DNA of 64,000 bases from a bacterium (GTDB lineage: Bacteria; Patescibacteriota; Minisyncoccia; Minisyncoccales; CG1-02-41-26): contig JAGGXV010000022.1 of assembly GCA_021162885.1 (NCBI GenBank), forward strand, positions 57,571-121,570. The letters run 5' to 3'. The notes beneath the pieces were generated by a model. It was not told the origin of the DNA. It made no database searches and worked only from the letters and a program-made list of their open reading frames with translations. Positions 45,041-54,902 of this stretch are shown here, piece by piece (position 1 is the first letter of the stretch; every line of letters begins with the position of its first letter). The position numbers and the translations under genes are program-made.

Positions 45041-46123
45041 TTATAAATAAATCTTTTCAATAAGATATTTTGTTCCAGAAACGTTTAACTTTTGGAAAAA
45101 GAATCGGAATTTCTCTTCCAATTCCTCGCAAATTTTATCAATGTTTTTTTGAGGAATACTCCAGATATCTTTTTTGAAAGCACCTAAAGCTCTTTTTCTA
45201 AATTTGTAAATAAATTGTTCCTCGGAATCGGACGGTTTTTTCTTTTTCCAGAATTTCTCTTTTAACCAAGAATATATTTTCTCTCTCAAATCTTTTGGAA
45301 AATAATCAGAATCGTAAATTATATTTTGAAATTGAGTGGCCAAGTGAATTTCGCAACAGCCGGTTTTTGGAAACCTCTCAAAATATTTTTCAGGAAGTGT
45401 TGAAGCTCCATGCTGGACAGCCCCGGCCATACCATACTTTTTAGCTTCTCTTGATAATTCTGTCAAGGTGTCAAAATCAGCTTCAATCTGTTTAAGATGA
45501 CCCGAAGGAAGAACAATCCCGCCGTGTGAGGTACCGGTTTGAACCGCAACTTTAATTATTCCTTTAACTCCTTTATATTTCGAGATTTCGCTTTGATAAG
45601 TTTTAGCAAACTCTTTGAATTCTTCTGAAGTGGTATTTTTACCCCCTATCTTACTTATTTCCCCGCCAATTGTAATTTCGATTGACTTTGGTTGTAAATT
45701 TCTTATAAAAAAAGTTAAACTTGCTGTTTTTTTAGCATTTTCTTTTAAATTATCAAAAACTGAGCCATCAATATCGATATTAAAAAAACCTGCCTTAATT
45801 GATTCTTTGATTAGATTTTTTAAATTTTTTGAGTTTGCTTTAAAATGATCTCCCTGAAAAAAAAGAGGCCCCTCAAATTTTTCTTTAAGGGCCGCCTCAG
45901 TCACATTTTTAACATATTCTTTTGGAGATTGATCGGTATAATTTATTTCCGATTGAGCAAGTTCTAAAATAAAAGCTCCCGCCTCTTCTTTTTTTGCTGC
46001 TCTAAAAAGGGCTCGAGCAACATCGAAAGTTAAAGTTCTTATATTAAAAGCAGGAACAGTAAATCCTTTGAATTCTCCTTTGGCTATTTTTTCATAAAGT
46101 TTTTGCGTTGAAGTTAAAACCAT
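45041..46123 (-). CDS. Class II fructose-bisphosphate aldolase
   Basis: VPAFN, QGDH, NIDID.S, GGEI..IGG, AVQTGTSHGG, VQHGAS. Confidence 0.9.
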   Translation of the reverse strand: MVLTSTQKLYEKIAKGEFKGFTVPAFNIRTLTFDVARALFRAAKKEEAGAFILELAQSEINYTDQSPKEYVKNVTEAALKEKFEGPLFFQGDHFKANSKNLKNLIKESIKAGFFNIDIDGSVFDNLKENAKKTASLTFFIRNLQPKSIEITIGGEISKIGGKNTTSEEFKEFAKTYQSEISKYKGVKGIIKVAVQTGTSHGGIVLPSGHLKQIEADFDTLTELSREAKKYGMAGAVQHGASTLPEKYFERFPKTGCCEIHLATQFQNIIYDSDYFPKDLREKIYSWLKEKFWKKKKPSDSEEQFIYKFRKRALGAFKKDIWSIPQKNIDKICEELEEKFRFFFQKLNVSGTKYLIEKIYL

Positions 46124-46184
46124 AGCTTCCAAACAAACTTCCACACCCCCCCCCGCAGCGTGCCCGCTGCGGGGGGTCGTGCAT

Positions 46185-47753
46185 TTATTTTTGCTTTACT
46201 AATAATTTTTTAAGAAGTTGAAGAATTATTTGTGGATTTGCCTTGCCTTTGGTTTCTTTCATCACTTGACCAACCAAAAATTGCAAAGCGGCTTCTTTTC
46301 CTTTTTTATAATCCTCCACTGGTTTTTTATTTTTATCAATCACTTCTCCAACTATTTTCTCCAACTCTTCTTCATCACTTATTTGTCTTAACCCCTTATC
46401 TTTCACAATCTGGGAAGGGTCTTTGCCAGTGCCAAACATTTCTTTTAATAAAGTTTTGGCAATTTTACTTGAGATTTCGCCAAGATAAATCATACTGACA
46501 AATTCAGCAAAATTTTCAGCAGTAATTAAAAAGTTCTTGTCACTAACAGAAACTCCCTTCAAAAGTCCCTGGAGATCAGTTGTTATATAATTTGAGGCCA
46601 ACTTAACTAATTTTTTAAGTTCTCTATTCTTAACTTTCTCTTTAAATCTCTTTTCTTTAACCCAATTAGTCAATTCTGAAATCACTTTTTCAAAGTATTC
46701 TCCCAAATCTTTCTGAGAAACATAAAGTTCTATTTCTTTATCAGAAAGCCCGTATTCCTTTTCAAACCTCTCTCTCCTCGATTGAGGTAATTCGGGAATT
46801 TCCATTTTAATCTCTTTTAAAAACTCTTTTTTAAGATTTAGAGGTGGCAAGTCAGGCTCTGGAAAATAGCGATAATCATAGGCCTCTTCCTTTTCCCTTT
46901 GAGCCAATGTTATTTCTTTTTTCTCGTCCCAGCCCCTGGTTTCCTGAACAATTTTTTTGCCTTTTTTTAAAATTTCACTCTGTCTTTTAATCTCATATTC
47001 AATTGCCTTCTCTACTGCCCTTAAAGAATTCAAATTTTTTATTTCCACTTTCGTCCCCAATGTTCGCGAATTTGCACGAATTTTATTCGCGGATATTCGC
47101 GAATTTTCATCCGTGGGCATTAGCGAGATATTTACTTCCGCCCTCATCTCCCCTTTCTCCATATTAGCTCCAGAAACACCTAAATATCTTAAAATCAGTT
47201 GCAACTCATGAACAAATGCGCGAGCTTCTGCAGCTGATTCAATATCCGGCTCGGTTACCAACTCCATTAAAGGAATTCCAGCTCTGTTAAAGTCCACTAA
47301 AGAATAATCTTTTCCTTCAGGATGTATTAGTTTTCCAGTATCTTCTTCCAAATGAATGCGTTGAATTCTTATCTTCTTTAATTTTTTATTTTTAATTTTA
47401 TTTTTTGAGATTTGAGATTTGAGATTTGAGATTTCAAGATAGCCCCCTTTGCCCAACGGAGCATTATACTGTGATATTTGATATCCTTTTGGTAGGTCAG
47501 GATAAAAATAATTTTTCCTTTCAAAATGGGTTGCTTTTTGAATCTGACAATTCAAAGCTATCGCAGTCTTTATCGCTTTTCTTACAGCAGTTTTGTTAAT
47601 AACCGGTAATGTTCCTGGATGTGCCACGCAGATTGGACAGATGTTCACATTCGGTTGAGTTTCATCAGGATCATTTTCACAAGAACAAAACATCTTGGAT
47701 TTTGTCCTAAGTTCCACATGTATTTCCAGACCAATTGTTGGCTTATAGTTCAT
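46185..47753 (-). CDS. gatB: Asp/Glu-tRNA amidotransferase subunit B
   Basis: IGLEIHVEL, RKNYFYPDLPKGYQISQ, DFNRAG.PL.E.VTEP, EIKNLNS, YRYFPEPDL. Confidence 0.98.
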   Translation of the reverse strand: MNYKPTIGLEIHVELRTKSKMFCSCENDPDETQPNVNICPICVAHPGTLPVINKTAVRKAIKTAIALNCQIQKATHFERKNYFYPDLPKGYQISQYNAPLGKGGYLEISNLKSQISKNKIKNKKLKKIRIQRIHLEEDTGKLIHPEGKDYSLVDFNRAGIPLMELVTEPDIESAAEARAFVHELQLILRYLGVSGANMEKGEMRAEVNISLMPTDENSRISANKIRANSRTLGTKVEIKNLNSLRAVEKAIEYEIKRQSEILKKGKKIVQETRGWDEKKEITLAQREKEEAYDYRYFPEPDLPPLNLKKEFLKEIKMEIPELPQSRRERFEKEYGLSDKEIELYVSQKDLGEYFEKVISELTNWVKEKRFKEKVKNRELKKLVKLASNYITTDLQGLLKGVSVSDKNFLITAENFAEFVSMIYLGEISSKIAKTLLKEMFGTGKDPSQIVKDKGLRQISDEEELEKIVGEVIDKNKKPVEDYKKGKEAALQFLVGQVMKETKGKANPQIILQLLKKLLVKQK

Positions 47754-47759
47754 ACAAAA

Positions 47760-47888
47760 ATGAATGACTAATTAACCTAATCAATATCAATGGCCAATGT
47801 CTAATGACTAAATGACCAAAATTAAATAAAGATTAGACATTTAGGAATTGGGATTTGATTAGAAATTAGCCATTAGAAATTAGGAATT
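47760..47888. repeat. Heptamer-type inverted-repeat element, divergent sequence variant
   Basis: AATGACT/AATGTCT/AATGACC units opposite AGACATT, AGAAATT and AGGAATT units. Confidence 0.6.
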
Positions 47889-48550
47889 TACTTTTTCTTC
47901 CTCTTGTATTGTTTCATTATCTCAACTCCCAAGCTTGTCCCAATGATGTCAGCTCCCGCTTCAACCATCATTAACAAATCTTTGTAAGTTCTGATCTTTC
48001 CAGAGGCCTTTATTTTCAACCCCGGCGCCCCCTCTCTCATAATTTTTAAATGCTTGGCTTTTTCTTTTAATTCAATATGCTCTAAGGGGTCTTTCTCAGT
48101 AGCTGTTTTCACACAAAAAGCACCAGCTTTCTTAACTATTTCTGAGGCCTTTTTGATCTCTTCATCAGTTAAATATCCCGAACCAATAATTACTTTAGTG
48201 GGTAAAATTTTGCAGATTTCCTTCAAATCCTTTAAGATATCGTCGTATCTTCCATATTTCATATCAATAATATTCATTACAATATCCAATTCATCTGCTC
48301 CATCTTTTTTGGCTTTTTTGCACATTTCCACTCTTTTTGAATGAGAACTTAACCCCATTGGTGGATCAATTAGAACAACCGTTTTAACACCCGCGCTCTT
48401 CAACTCATTATGAACCAACCTAACCCATTCTGGATTGCAACAAACTCCCCGAAATTTATATTTTTTAGCCTCTTGACAGGTTTTTTTAATATCTTTCTCT
48501 CTCGCTTTTGGGTCTATATTTGTATGGTCAATAATTTTTGCTGGATTCAT
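47888..48550 (-). CDS. deoC: Deoxyribose-phosphate aldolase
   Basis: IDHT, GADELDIV.N, KVII, VKTAT, IKASG.IR, GA..IGTS. Confidence 0.9.
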   Translation of the reverse strand: MNPAKIIDHTNIDPKAREKDIKKTCQEAKKYKFRGVCCNPEWVRLVHNELKSAGVKTVVLIDPPMGLSSHSKRVEMCKKAKKDGADELDIVMNIIDMKYGRYDDILKDLKEICKILPTKVIIGSGYLTDEEIKKASEIVKKAGAFCVKTATEKDPLEHIELKEKAKHLKIMREGAPGLKIKASGKIRTYKDLLMMVEAGADIIGTSLGVEIMKQYKRKKK

Positions 48551-48593
48551 AACTTCGCTAATTTGCCAAAATTTGACTCGCGAATATTCGCAA

Positions 48594-49307
48594 CTAACTT
48601 ATTCGTGAAATTCGTGGTAAATTAGTGGATATTCGCGATTTAATGTCTTTAAAAACTTCTTTAATAGACCTTTCTCCATTTATCGTATATACATTTTCAA
48701 ACCGAGAAGGTAAAATTTTGTAAATTTGCCAAACTTTTTTAAGTTTTTCTTTCACCTCAAAAAGGGTTCTATCCGTCCCCCTTTTTTGAATCCTCTTTAA
48801 ACAAACTTCGGGAGAAACCACTAAAATAAAAGTTAAATCAGGCAGTAAAAACTCATCATTTATTTTAATCAACCAATTTAAATCTAATCCTTCTGCTGTT
48901 CCATAAGCAAAGCTTGAAAAGAAATAACGGTCAGAGACAACAATTTTATTTCTTTTTAAAGCTGGAATTATTACATTTTTCTGGTGCCAATCTCTATCTT
49001 TAGCAAATAACTCTTGAAGTTCTTGTGAAGAAATTTTTTCTTTTTTAGTTAAGATTTTCTCGATTTTCTTTCCTGCTTTCGAATCTTTTGTCGGTTCTTT
49101 TGTTTTTAAAACCTGATATCCTTTCTTTTTTAAAAATCCGGTTAAAAGTTCAACCTGAGTTGACTGCCCCGACCCATCCAGTCCCTCAAAAACAACAAAC
49201 CTCGCACTTTTTACCCGACGCAAAATAGGCTTACCATCCAATGAAATAAACCATGTTTTTTGAAAAAGGTACGGGGTAAGTTTTCTCAGGTAAGAGTTTT
49301 TAATCAT
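48594..49307 (-). CDS. tmk: Thymidylate kinase
   Basis: FVVFEGLDGSG.STQ, KEPT, LF..DR, SDRY..SS.AY, PDLTF. Confidence 0.95.
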   Translation of the reverse strand: MIKNSYLRKLTPYLFQKTWFISLDGKPILRRVKSARFVVFEGLDGSGQSTQVELLTGFLKKKGYQVLKTKEPTKDSKAGKKIEKILTKKEKISSQELQELFAKDRDWHQKNVIIPALKRNKIVVSDRYFFSSFAYGTAEGLDLNWLIKINDEFLLPDLTFILVVSPEVCLKRIQKRGTDRTLFEVKEKLKKVWQIYKILPSRFENVYTINGERSIKEVFKDIKSRISTNLPRISRIS

Positions 49308-49316
49308 ATTTTAAAT

Positions 49317-50162
49317 TTATTTCTCTTTTTTTTGAATTTTCTGAGCAAAATAAACATTTCTTAAAAGCAAACTAACTGTTAAGGGACCCAAACCACCGGG
49401 CACCGGAGTCAAAAATGATGCCTTTTCTTTTACGCTTTCTCTGGCAACATCGCCAACTAATTTGCCCTTTTTCGTTAAAGTTATCCCGCCATCAATCAAA
49501 ATAGCTCCTTTCTTTATCATTTTACCTTCTATTAAATTAGGTTGACCACAAGCAACAATAATTACATCAGCTAATTTTAACTTCTTTTCAATTTCAGAAA
49601 GAGAATAATTTTTCTTTATCAAATAGTTTATTTTTATTTTTTTTCTTTCTAAAAAATTCTTTAGCGTCTGGCCAAAAATTCCAGAGTTAACCAAAGCTAA
49701 TATTCTCTTTTTCTGATAGGATTTTTTAGCCCCTCGCAAAGCAAACAAAATAGCCGATGGCAAAACTGGAAAAAAATATGGCTTCCCCTTTTTCAATGAC
49801 TTGACTGAAAGAAAACCATCAACATCTTTTTTGGGATTAATCTTTCCAATAATTTTATCAGTATCAAAACCTTCTGGCAAAGGTAACTGGACGAGAATTC
49901 CATTAACCGAAGGGTCGAGATTCAGTTTTTCTATTTTTTCAATAATTTTTTTCTGAGATACGCTTCTTTTATACTTAAATAACTTCACTTTTATCCCAAC
50001 AATTTTAGCCGCTTCTTTCTTTTTTCTGATAAAAAGTTTTGAGGCCTTGTTTTCTCCAACCAAGATAACCGCTAACCTGGGAACAATTTTTTCTTTTTTG
50101 ATTTTCTTTTTTAAATCAAAAATTATTCTTTCGGCTTCCTTTTTACCATTGAAAGTCCTCAT
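49317..50162 (-). CDS. folD: Methylene-THF dehydrogenase/cyclohydrolase
   Basis: LAVILVG, GILVQLPLP, P.KDVDG, GDV, TPVPGG.GP.TV. Confidence 0.93.
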   Translation of the reverse strand: MRTFNGKKEAERIIFDLKKKIKKEKIVPRLAVILVGENKASKLFIRKKKEAAKIVGIKVKLFKYKRSVSQKKIIEKIEKLNLDPSVNGILVQLPLPEGFDTDKIIGKINPKKDVDGFLSVKSLKKGKPYFFPVLPSAILFALRGAKKSYQKKRILALVNSGIFGQTLKNFLERKKIKINYLIKKNYSLSEIEKKLKLADVIIVACGQPNLIEGKMIKKGAILIDGGITLTKKGKLVGDVARESVKEKASFLTPVPGGLGPLTVSLLLRNVYFAQKIQKKEK

Positions 50163-51417
50163 AAATAGGGAATTTTTTTGTTAATTTTTTAACTTCCTCA
50201 GCCACTTCTTTTTTTACTTTCTGATTGTCAATATTTTCTATCACTTCTAAAATCAATCTAACTACCTTTCTCGCTTCTTTCTCCCGAAATCCTCTGGTAG
50301 TGATGGCTGGCGAACCCAATCTGATACCCGAAGGATTGTAAGGAGGCCCTTTGTCAAAAGGGATGGCGTTTCGATTAACAAAAATGCCAACTTTATCTAA
50401 TTCGTCTTGAATTATTTTTGAGCCAATTCCAAAAGGAGAAATATCTATAACCATTAAATGATTGTCAGTTCCTCCGCTGATTACCCGAATTCCTCTTTTT
50501 TTAAATTCTTCAGCCATAACTCGGCTATTGCGGATAATCTGTGCTTGATACTTCTTAAAAGCCGGTTTCATCGCTTCAAGAAAGCAAACTGCTTTACTAG
50601 CAATAACATGGTCTTGAGGTCCACCTTGAATTCCGGGGAATACTGCTCTGTCAATCTTTTCTGCTAAATTTAATTTTCCTTTTTTATCTAATCTATCCTC
50701 AATTTTTGATAAAATCAATCCACCTCGAGGACCTCGTAAAGTTTTATGAGTGGTAGTGGTAACAACATCACACCACGGAAAAGGATGAGGATGCAATCCA
50801 GCGATAACTAAACCAGCGATATGAGCAATATCAGCCATCAAATAAGCTCCGACTTCGTCGGCAATCCGGCGAAATTTTCTAAAATTAAGTTTTCTTGAAT
50901 AACTGGTCGTGCTGGTGATAATTAATTTTGGCTTGAATTTCCGGACTTTTCTTCTGACCTCTTCAAAATCAATTCTTTCCGTTTTAGGGCTTACTCCATA
51001 ATGCCAGAATTTATAGAATTTAGTAGAGAAATTAACTGGCGAGCCGTGAGTTAAATGACCGCCGGCTTTCAAATCAATTCCTAAAACTCTATCGCCTGGC
51101 CTCAAAAGAGCCAAATAGCAGGCAGCATTTGCTTGAGAGCCAGAATGAGGCTGAACATTGGCATGTTCAGCTCGGAAAATTTTTTTTGCTCTTTCAATCG
51201 CTATTTCTTCAATTTGGTCAATAAACTTATTTCCGCTGTAGTATCTTTTTTGAGGATAACCCTCAGAATACTTATTACTTAAAGGAGTTCCCATTGCTTT
51301 CAAAACAGCCGGACTAGCATAATTCTCTGAGGGAATCAAAACTAAACCATTTCGCTGGCGAGCGATTTCTTTTTTAATTAAAGCGTAAATTTTAGGGTCA
51401 GTTCTTGATAATTGCAT
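50143..51417 (-). CDS. glyA: Serine hydroxymethyltransferase
   Basis: LIPSEN, NKYSEGYP, NVQPHSGSQAN, GGHLTHG, TTTTHKTLRGPRGG. Confidence 0.98.
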   Translation of the reverse strand: MQLSRTDPKIYALIKKEIARQRNGLVLIPSENYASPAVLKAMGTPLSNKYSEGYPQKRYYSGNKFIDQIEEIAIERAKKIFRAEHANVQPHSGSQANAACYLALLRPGDRVLGIDLKAGGHLTHGSPVNFSTKFYKFWHYGVSPKTERIDFEEVRRKVRKFKPKLIITSTTSYSRKLNFRKFRRIADEVGAYLMADIAHIAGLVIAGLHPHPFPWCDVVTTTTHKTLRGPRGGLILSKIEDRLDKKGKLNLAEKIDRAVFPGIQGGPQDHVIASKAVCFLEAMKPAFKKYQAQIIRNSRVMAEEFKKRGIRVISGGTDNHLMVIDISPFGIGSKIIQDELDKVGIFVNRNAIPFDKGPPYNPSGIRLGSPAITTRGFREKEARKVVRLILEVIENIDNQKVKKEVAEEVKKLTKKFPIYEDFQW

Positions 51418-51483
51418 TATAGTCAATTCTAACAAATTTTTAGTGCCGAGGACTTTTGAAAGCTCTTATTTTTTAACTTAAAA

Positions 51484-52821
51484 TTACTGTCTATTTTTCT
51501 TTCGGTAGTAACCACAATCTCTGATTTCTGGACATTTCCCATAAGTTATGCATTGGGGTTCGGCCCAATCTTGGAACGCCGGAATCGCTTTCTTGATGTC
51601 TTTGGCAATTTTTTTAGCAATAAAGCGAATTTCCCATTGGGCCTTCGTGCAGGTTCGCTTGCCAATACTGTGGATGGCGTTCCAACCGTTAATGTGCACC
51701 CAATCGTAAATTTTCAAACAATGAGGTAAAACTCCAACTGCTTCTGATTTCGCAATCCCCTGTTTTGTTAATTCTTTGTAAAGATTCAACAGCGAAAAGT
51801 AAAGTTTTTTATATTCTGAAGCGAAGGCGGAGTTTTTTATAGAAGGAGGGATAATCATCCTTTCTTCAGGGTGAGAGATGGCGTCTTGGGCCGCCTCATA
51901 AATTGATTCTACACTTTGGTTCCAAGTTCTCTGCCTGGTGGCTTGATGAAAACAGACAAGAGACATTGGCACCAAAAACTCAAAATGAAGATGTTTCAGA
52001 TTGGCCAGTTCCGCTTCATCTCTACCTCTCACTGCCTGCTTTAGGGTTTTCGGAGTAATTTTAAAAGGTGACATCCAACCCAAAAGCCGGGGCATTGTTG
52101 GATCTTTCTGAGATGAATTGATTAGATTTTTTAAGGTCGGGTTTTCCAAAGCGAAAAGTTGGGAAGAAGGATACCAAGAAAGAACTTCGTAGTTAAAGCC
52201 GTAATCTTCAAAAAGATAGGGAGCCACATTTGAGGCCTGATTAATCATTTCATCAACGACCTCGGTTGAAACCCTGGGAACGCCCGGACGATGAGCCATA
52301 GAAGAAATGTGACATAACTCCCGAGCATTGCCGGTGGTTGTAATGTTGGTCTTAGCGTAAAGCGGAAGGACGAACCTGGCATCTTCAGCCGGGATGCCAC
52401 CTCCACAGCCCTTTTCGTATAAATCAAAAGTTCGGCTAAGCAATTTCCTTGCTTTATTGGCCAAGGCCGAGTTCTTTACCGCTTCAGGCAAATAAAACCC
52501 TCGGCTTGCTTTGGCTCGTCTAAATGATTGCTGAAGGTGCTCCAGATATTCGGCTGAACAGAGGAAAAGAGTAGTTATTCTGGGAACATTTTCTATATTG
52601 AAAGTAAAGTGAACCTGATCTCCTACAGAACCATGACCCCGGCCGAAACTATTTTTGAGCATGACTCTCTCTTTCTTAAGCCGTTCTTCTTTTGGCAATT
52701 TCAAAAGCTCATCCAATATCTGGGAAGCAGATTTCTCATCAAAACATCCCAGAGCCGCCGCCACCGCCAGAGTTTGGGCCTGAGAGGGATTGCCTATGAG
52801 TTTAACCTTAAATTCTCCCAT
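51484..52821 (-). CDS. thyX: FAD-dependent thymidylate synthase, tandem two-domain form
   Basis: GHGSVGDQ, QQSFR, EDARFVLP, N.REL; second domain HQATRQR, RTC.KAQWEIR, C...G.CPE. Confidence 0.8.
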   Translation of the reverse strand: MGEFKVKLIGNPSQAQTLAVAAALGCFDEKSASQILDELLKLPKEERLKKERVMLKNSFGRGHGSVGDQVHFTFNIENVPRITTLFLCSAEYLEHLQQSFRRAKASRGFYLPEAVKNSALANKARKLLSRTFDLYEKGCGGGIPAEDARFVLPLYAKTNITTTGNARELCHISSMAHRPGVPRVSTEVVDEMINQASNVAPYLFEDYGFNYEVLSWYPSSQLFALENPTLKNLINSSQKDPTMPRLLGWMSPFKITPKTLKQAVRGRDEAELANLKHLHFEFLVPMSLVCFHQATRQRTWNQSVESIYEAAQDAISHPEERMIIPPSIKNSAFASEYKKLYFSLLNLYKELTKQGIAKSEAVGVLPHCLKIYDWVHINGWNAIHSIGKRTCTKAQWEIRFIAKKIAKDIKKAIPAFQDWAEPQCITYGKCPEIRDCGYYRKKNRQ

Positions 52822-52906
52822 AAATTTTCCATCACTTTTTCAATCTCTTTGTAAAAGATAGCAAAAGCCCAATACAATAAGCTCATTGCCATCCTCTTTC
52901 GAAGGA

Positions 52907-53446
52907 TTATAAAAGGCCATCTTTTAAACCTTCTTTTATATTTAAATCCGTTCCATATTGGAATCTGTCGTCTAAAACATCTTTTTCCTGCCAATCTTTG
53001 ACCCAATCTTTGATGTAGAAAATTTTATACTTTCCGTCCCGGGTTGCGGAAATTACCCGATTTAATCCGGCATTAATGATCATTTTTTTGCAAATAAAAC
53101 AGGGGAAAGAGTCAATCACTTTCCCCTCTCTGTCGGTTTCCCAAATATACATATCGCCTCCCAAAACTGAACTTCCGCTTCTGGCTGCGTTAATTATACA
53201 ATTCATTTCAGCATGCACAGACCGGCAAATTTCATAATGCCTGCCGTGAGGAATTTTTAATTTATCTCGCAAACATTCCCTTCTTTCTAAACAATCCTTC
53301 GTCTTTCGTGGAGCACCAATATAGCCAGTAGCAACTATAACATCATCTTTAACGATGAGCGCCCCTCCTTTATTTCTAAAACAAGTTGCCCTCTTACCAA
53401 CTTCTCTGGCGAGATTTAGATAGTATTCTTCTTTTGAAGGTCTCAT
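52907..53446 (-). CDS. dCMP deaminase family protein
   Basis: RPS...YY, RATC, ATGY.GAP, SVHAE.N, PC..C. Confidence 0.92.
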   Translation of the reverse strand: MRPSKEEYYLNLAREVGKRATCFRNKGGALIVKDDVIVATGYIGAPRKTKDCLERRECLRDKLKIPHGRHYEICRSVHAEMNCIINAARSGSSVLGGDMYIWETDREGKVIDSFPCFICKKMIINAGLNRVISATRDGKYKIFYIKDWVKDWQEKDVLDDRFQYGTDLNIKEGLKDGLL

Positions 53447-53470
53447 AAATTTGATACTCTTATATAGGAA

Positions 53471-53893
53471 TTACTCAACCGTAATTCCCATGTTCTTGGC
53501 TGTACCCTCAATAATTTTCATCGCTTTCTCGATGTCATTAGTGTTTAAATCGGGCAATTTCTTTTTAGCGATCTCTCGCAATTGAGCTCTGTTGATTTTG
53601 CCAACTTTCTTCCGATTGGGTTCGCCAGAACCTTTCTCAATTCCGGCTGCTTTTTTTAGAAGTTCGGAAGTTAAGGGGGTTTTTAATTTAAAACTGAAGG
53701 TTCTATCTTCAAAAATGGTCACTTCAACAGGAAGGGTAAAACCTTCCTGGCCTTTGCTTGCCTCGTTAAACTTTTGGCAAAAATCTCCGATATTAATGCC
53801 ATGTTGAGCCAAAGCTGGCCCGATAGGTGGAGCCGGAGTTGCTTTACCAGCTGGAATATGTAGTTTTACAATAGCTTGTATTTTTTTTGTCAT
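53471..53893 (-). CDS. rplK: 50S ribosomal protein uL11
   Basis: [27 protein letters not shown]. Confidence 0.98.
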   Translation of the reverse strand: MTKKIQAIVKLHIPAGKATPAPPIGPALAQHGINIGDFCQKFNEASKGQEGFTLPVEVTIFEDRTFSFKLKTPLTSELLKKAAGIEKGSGEPNRKKVGKINRAQLREIAKKKLPDLNTNDIEKAMKIIEGTAKNMGITVE

Positions 53894-53915
53894 AATTTAA
53901 GCACCACTTAACTGC

Positions 53916-54461
53916 TCATAATTTTTTAATCTGTAATGAGTCCACTTCAACCGGAGTGTCCCTGCCAAAAATATTTATCAGAACTTTAATTTTTCCCCTC
54001 TCTTCATCAATCTCTGAAACCTTTCCCTCAAAATCTTTAAAAGACCCATCGGTAATCCTGACTAAACTCCCGGGAGTGACATCAATTTTATATTGAGGAG
54101 CCTCAACTCCCATTCTTTTTTTCAGAATTTCAATCTCTTTTGGCGAAACCGGAATAGGAGTGGTTCCTGCCCCAATAAAGCCGGTTACTCGGGGGGTGTT
54201 ACGAACCACATACCAAGAGTCGTCAGTAACTATCATCTCTACTAAAACATATCCGGGATAAATTCTCTCCTCAATTACTTTCCTTTTACCATCTTTAATT
54301 TTAATCTTTTTTTCTTTTGGAACTAAAACATTAAAAATTTTGTCTTCCATGCCCAAACTCTCAATGCGGTGTTTTAAATTTCGAGCCACCGCATCTTCTT
54401 CTCCCGGATAGGTATGTAAAACATACCAGTTTCTTCCTTGTTTTATTTTTTGCCTTGGCAT
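53916..54461 (-). CDS. nusG: Transcription factor NusG
   Basis: WYVLHT, YPGYVLVEM, VRNTP.VTGF, KOW domain, IFGRDTPVE; start at ATG 54461. Confidence 0.97.
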   Translation of the reverse strand: MPRQKIKQGRNWYVLHTYPGEEDAVARNLKHRIESLGMEDKIFNVLVPKEKKIKIKDGKRKVIEERIYPGYVLVEMIVTDDSWYVVRNTPRVTGFIGAGTTPIPVSPKEIEILKKRMGVEAPQYKIDVTPGSLVRITDGSFKDFEGKVSEIDEERGKIKVLINIFGRDTPVEVDSLQIKKL

Positions 54462-54567
54462 ATTTCTTCCCCCTCGCTCCCCTTCGCTTTGCTCAGGGTC
54501 GCTCGGCTCAGTCAAAATAAAATATTTCTGCGTTTTTTGTTTGTGTTTTTATTTTTAGTTTTTTATT

Positions 54568-54762
54568 TTAAAAAATGAATTTTCCTAAAATTTTCAAAAA
54601 AATAAAATCTAAAATTCCCAAAAAAGCTGCCACTGCCACTGAAATACCAATAACAATCAAAGTGTAACGAAAGGTCTCCTGTCTTGTGGGCCAGTCAATT
54701 TTTTTGGCTTCTTGCCAAACTTCTTTAAAGAAAGTTTTAATTTTCTCAACAATTTTTTTCAT
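54568..54762 (-). CDS. secE: Preprotein translocase SecE
   Basis: E.KKIDWPTR.E plus one TM; upstream of nusG. Confidence 0.95.
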   Translation of the reverse strand: MKKIVEKIKTFFKEVWQEAKKIDWPTRQETFRYTLIVIGISVAVAAFLGILDFIFLKILGKFIF

Positions 54763-54902
54763 TTGTTTTAAAAAAGCCCTCTGGGGCTCTGATCTAATAA
54801 TAAACCCCTACTTGAACTTTGTCAAGATCGATTTTAGAAAGGTAAAGAAGATTTAGAAATTAAAAATTTAGGATTTCGAAATTCCTTTTACAAAGCGAAA
54901 GG

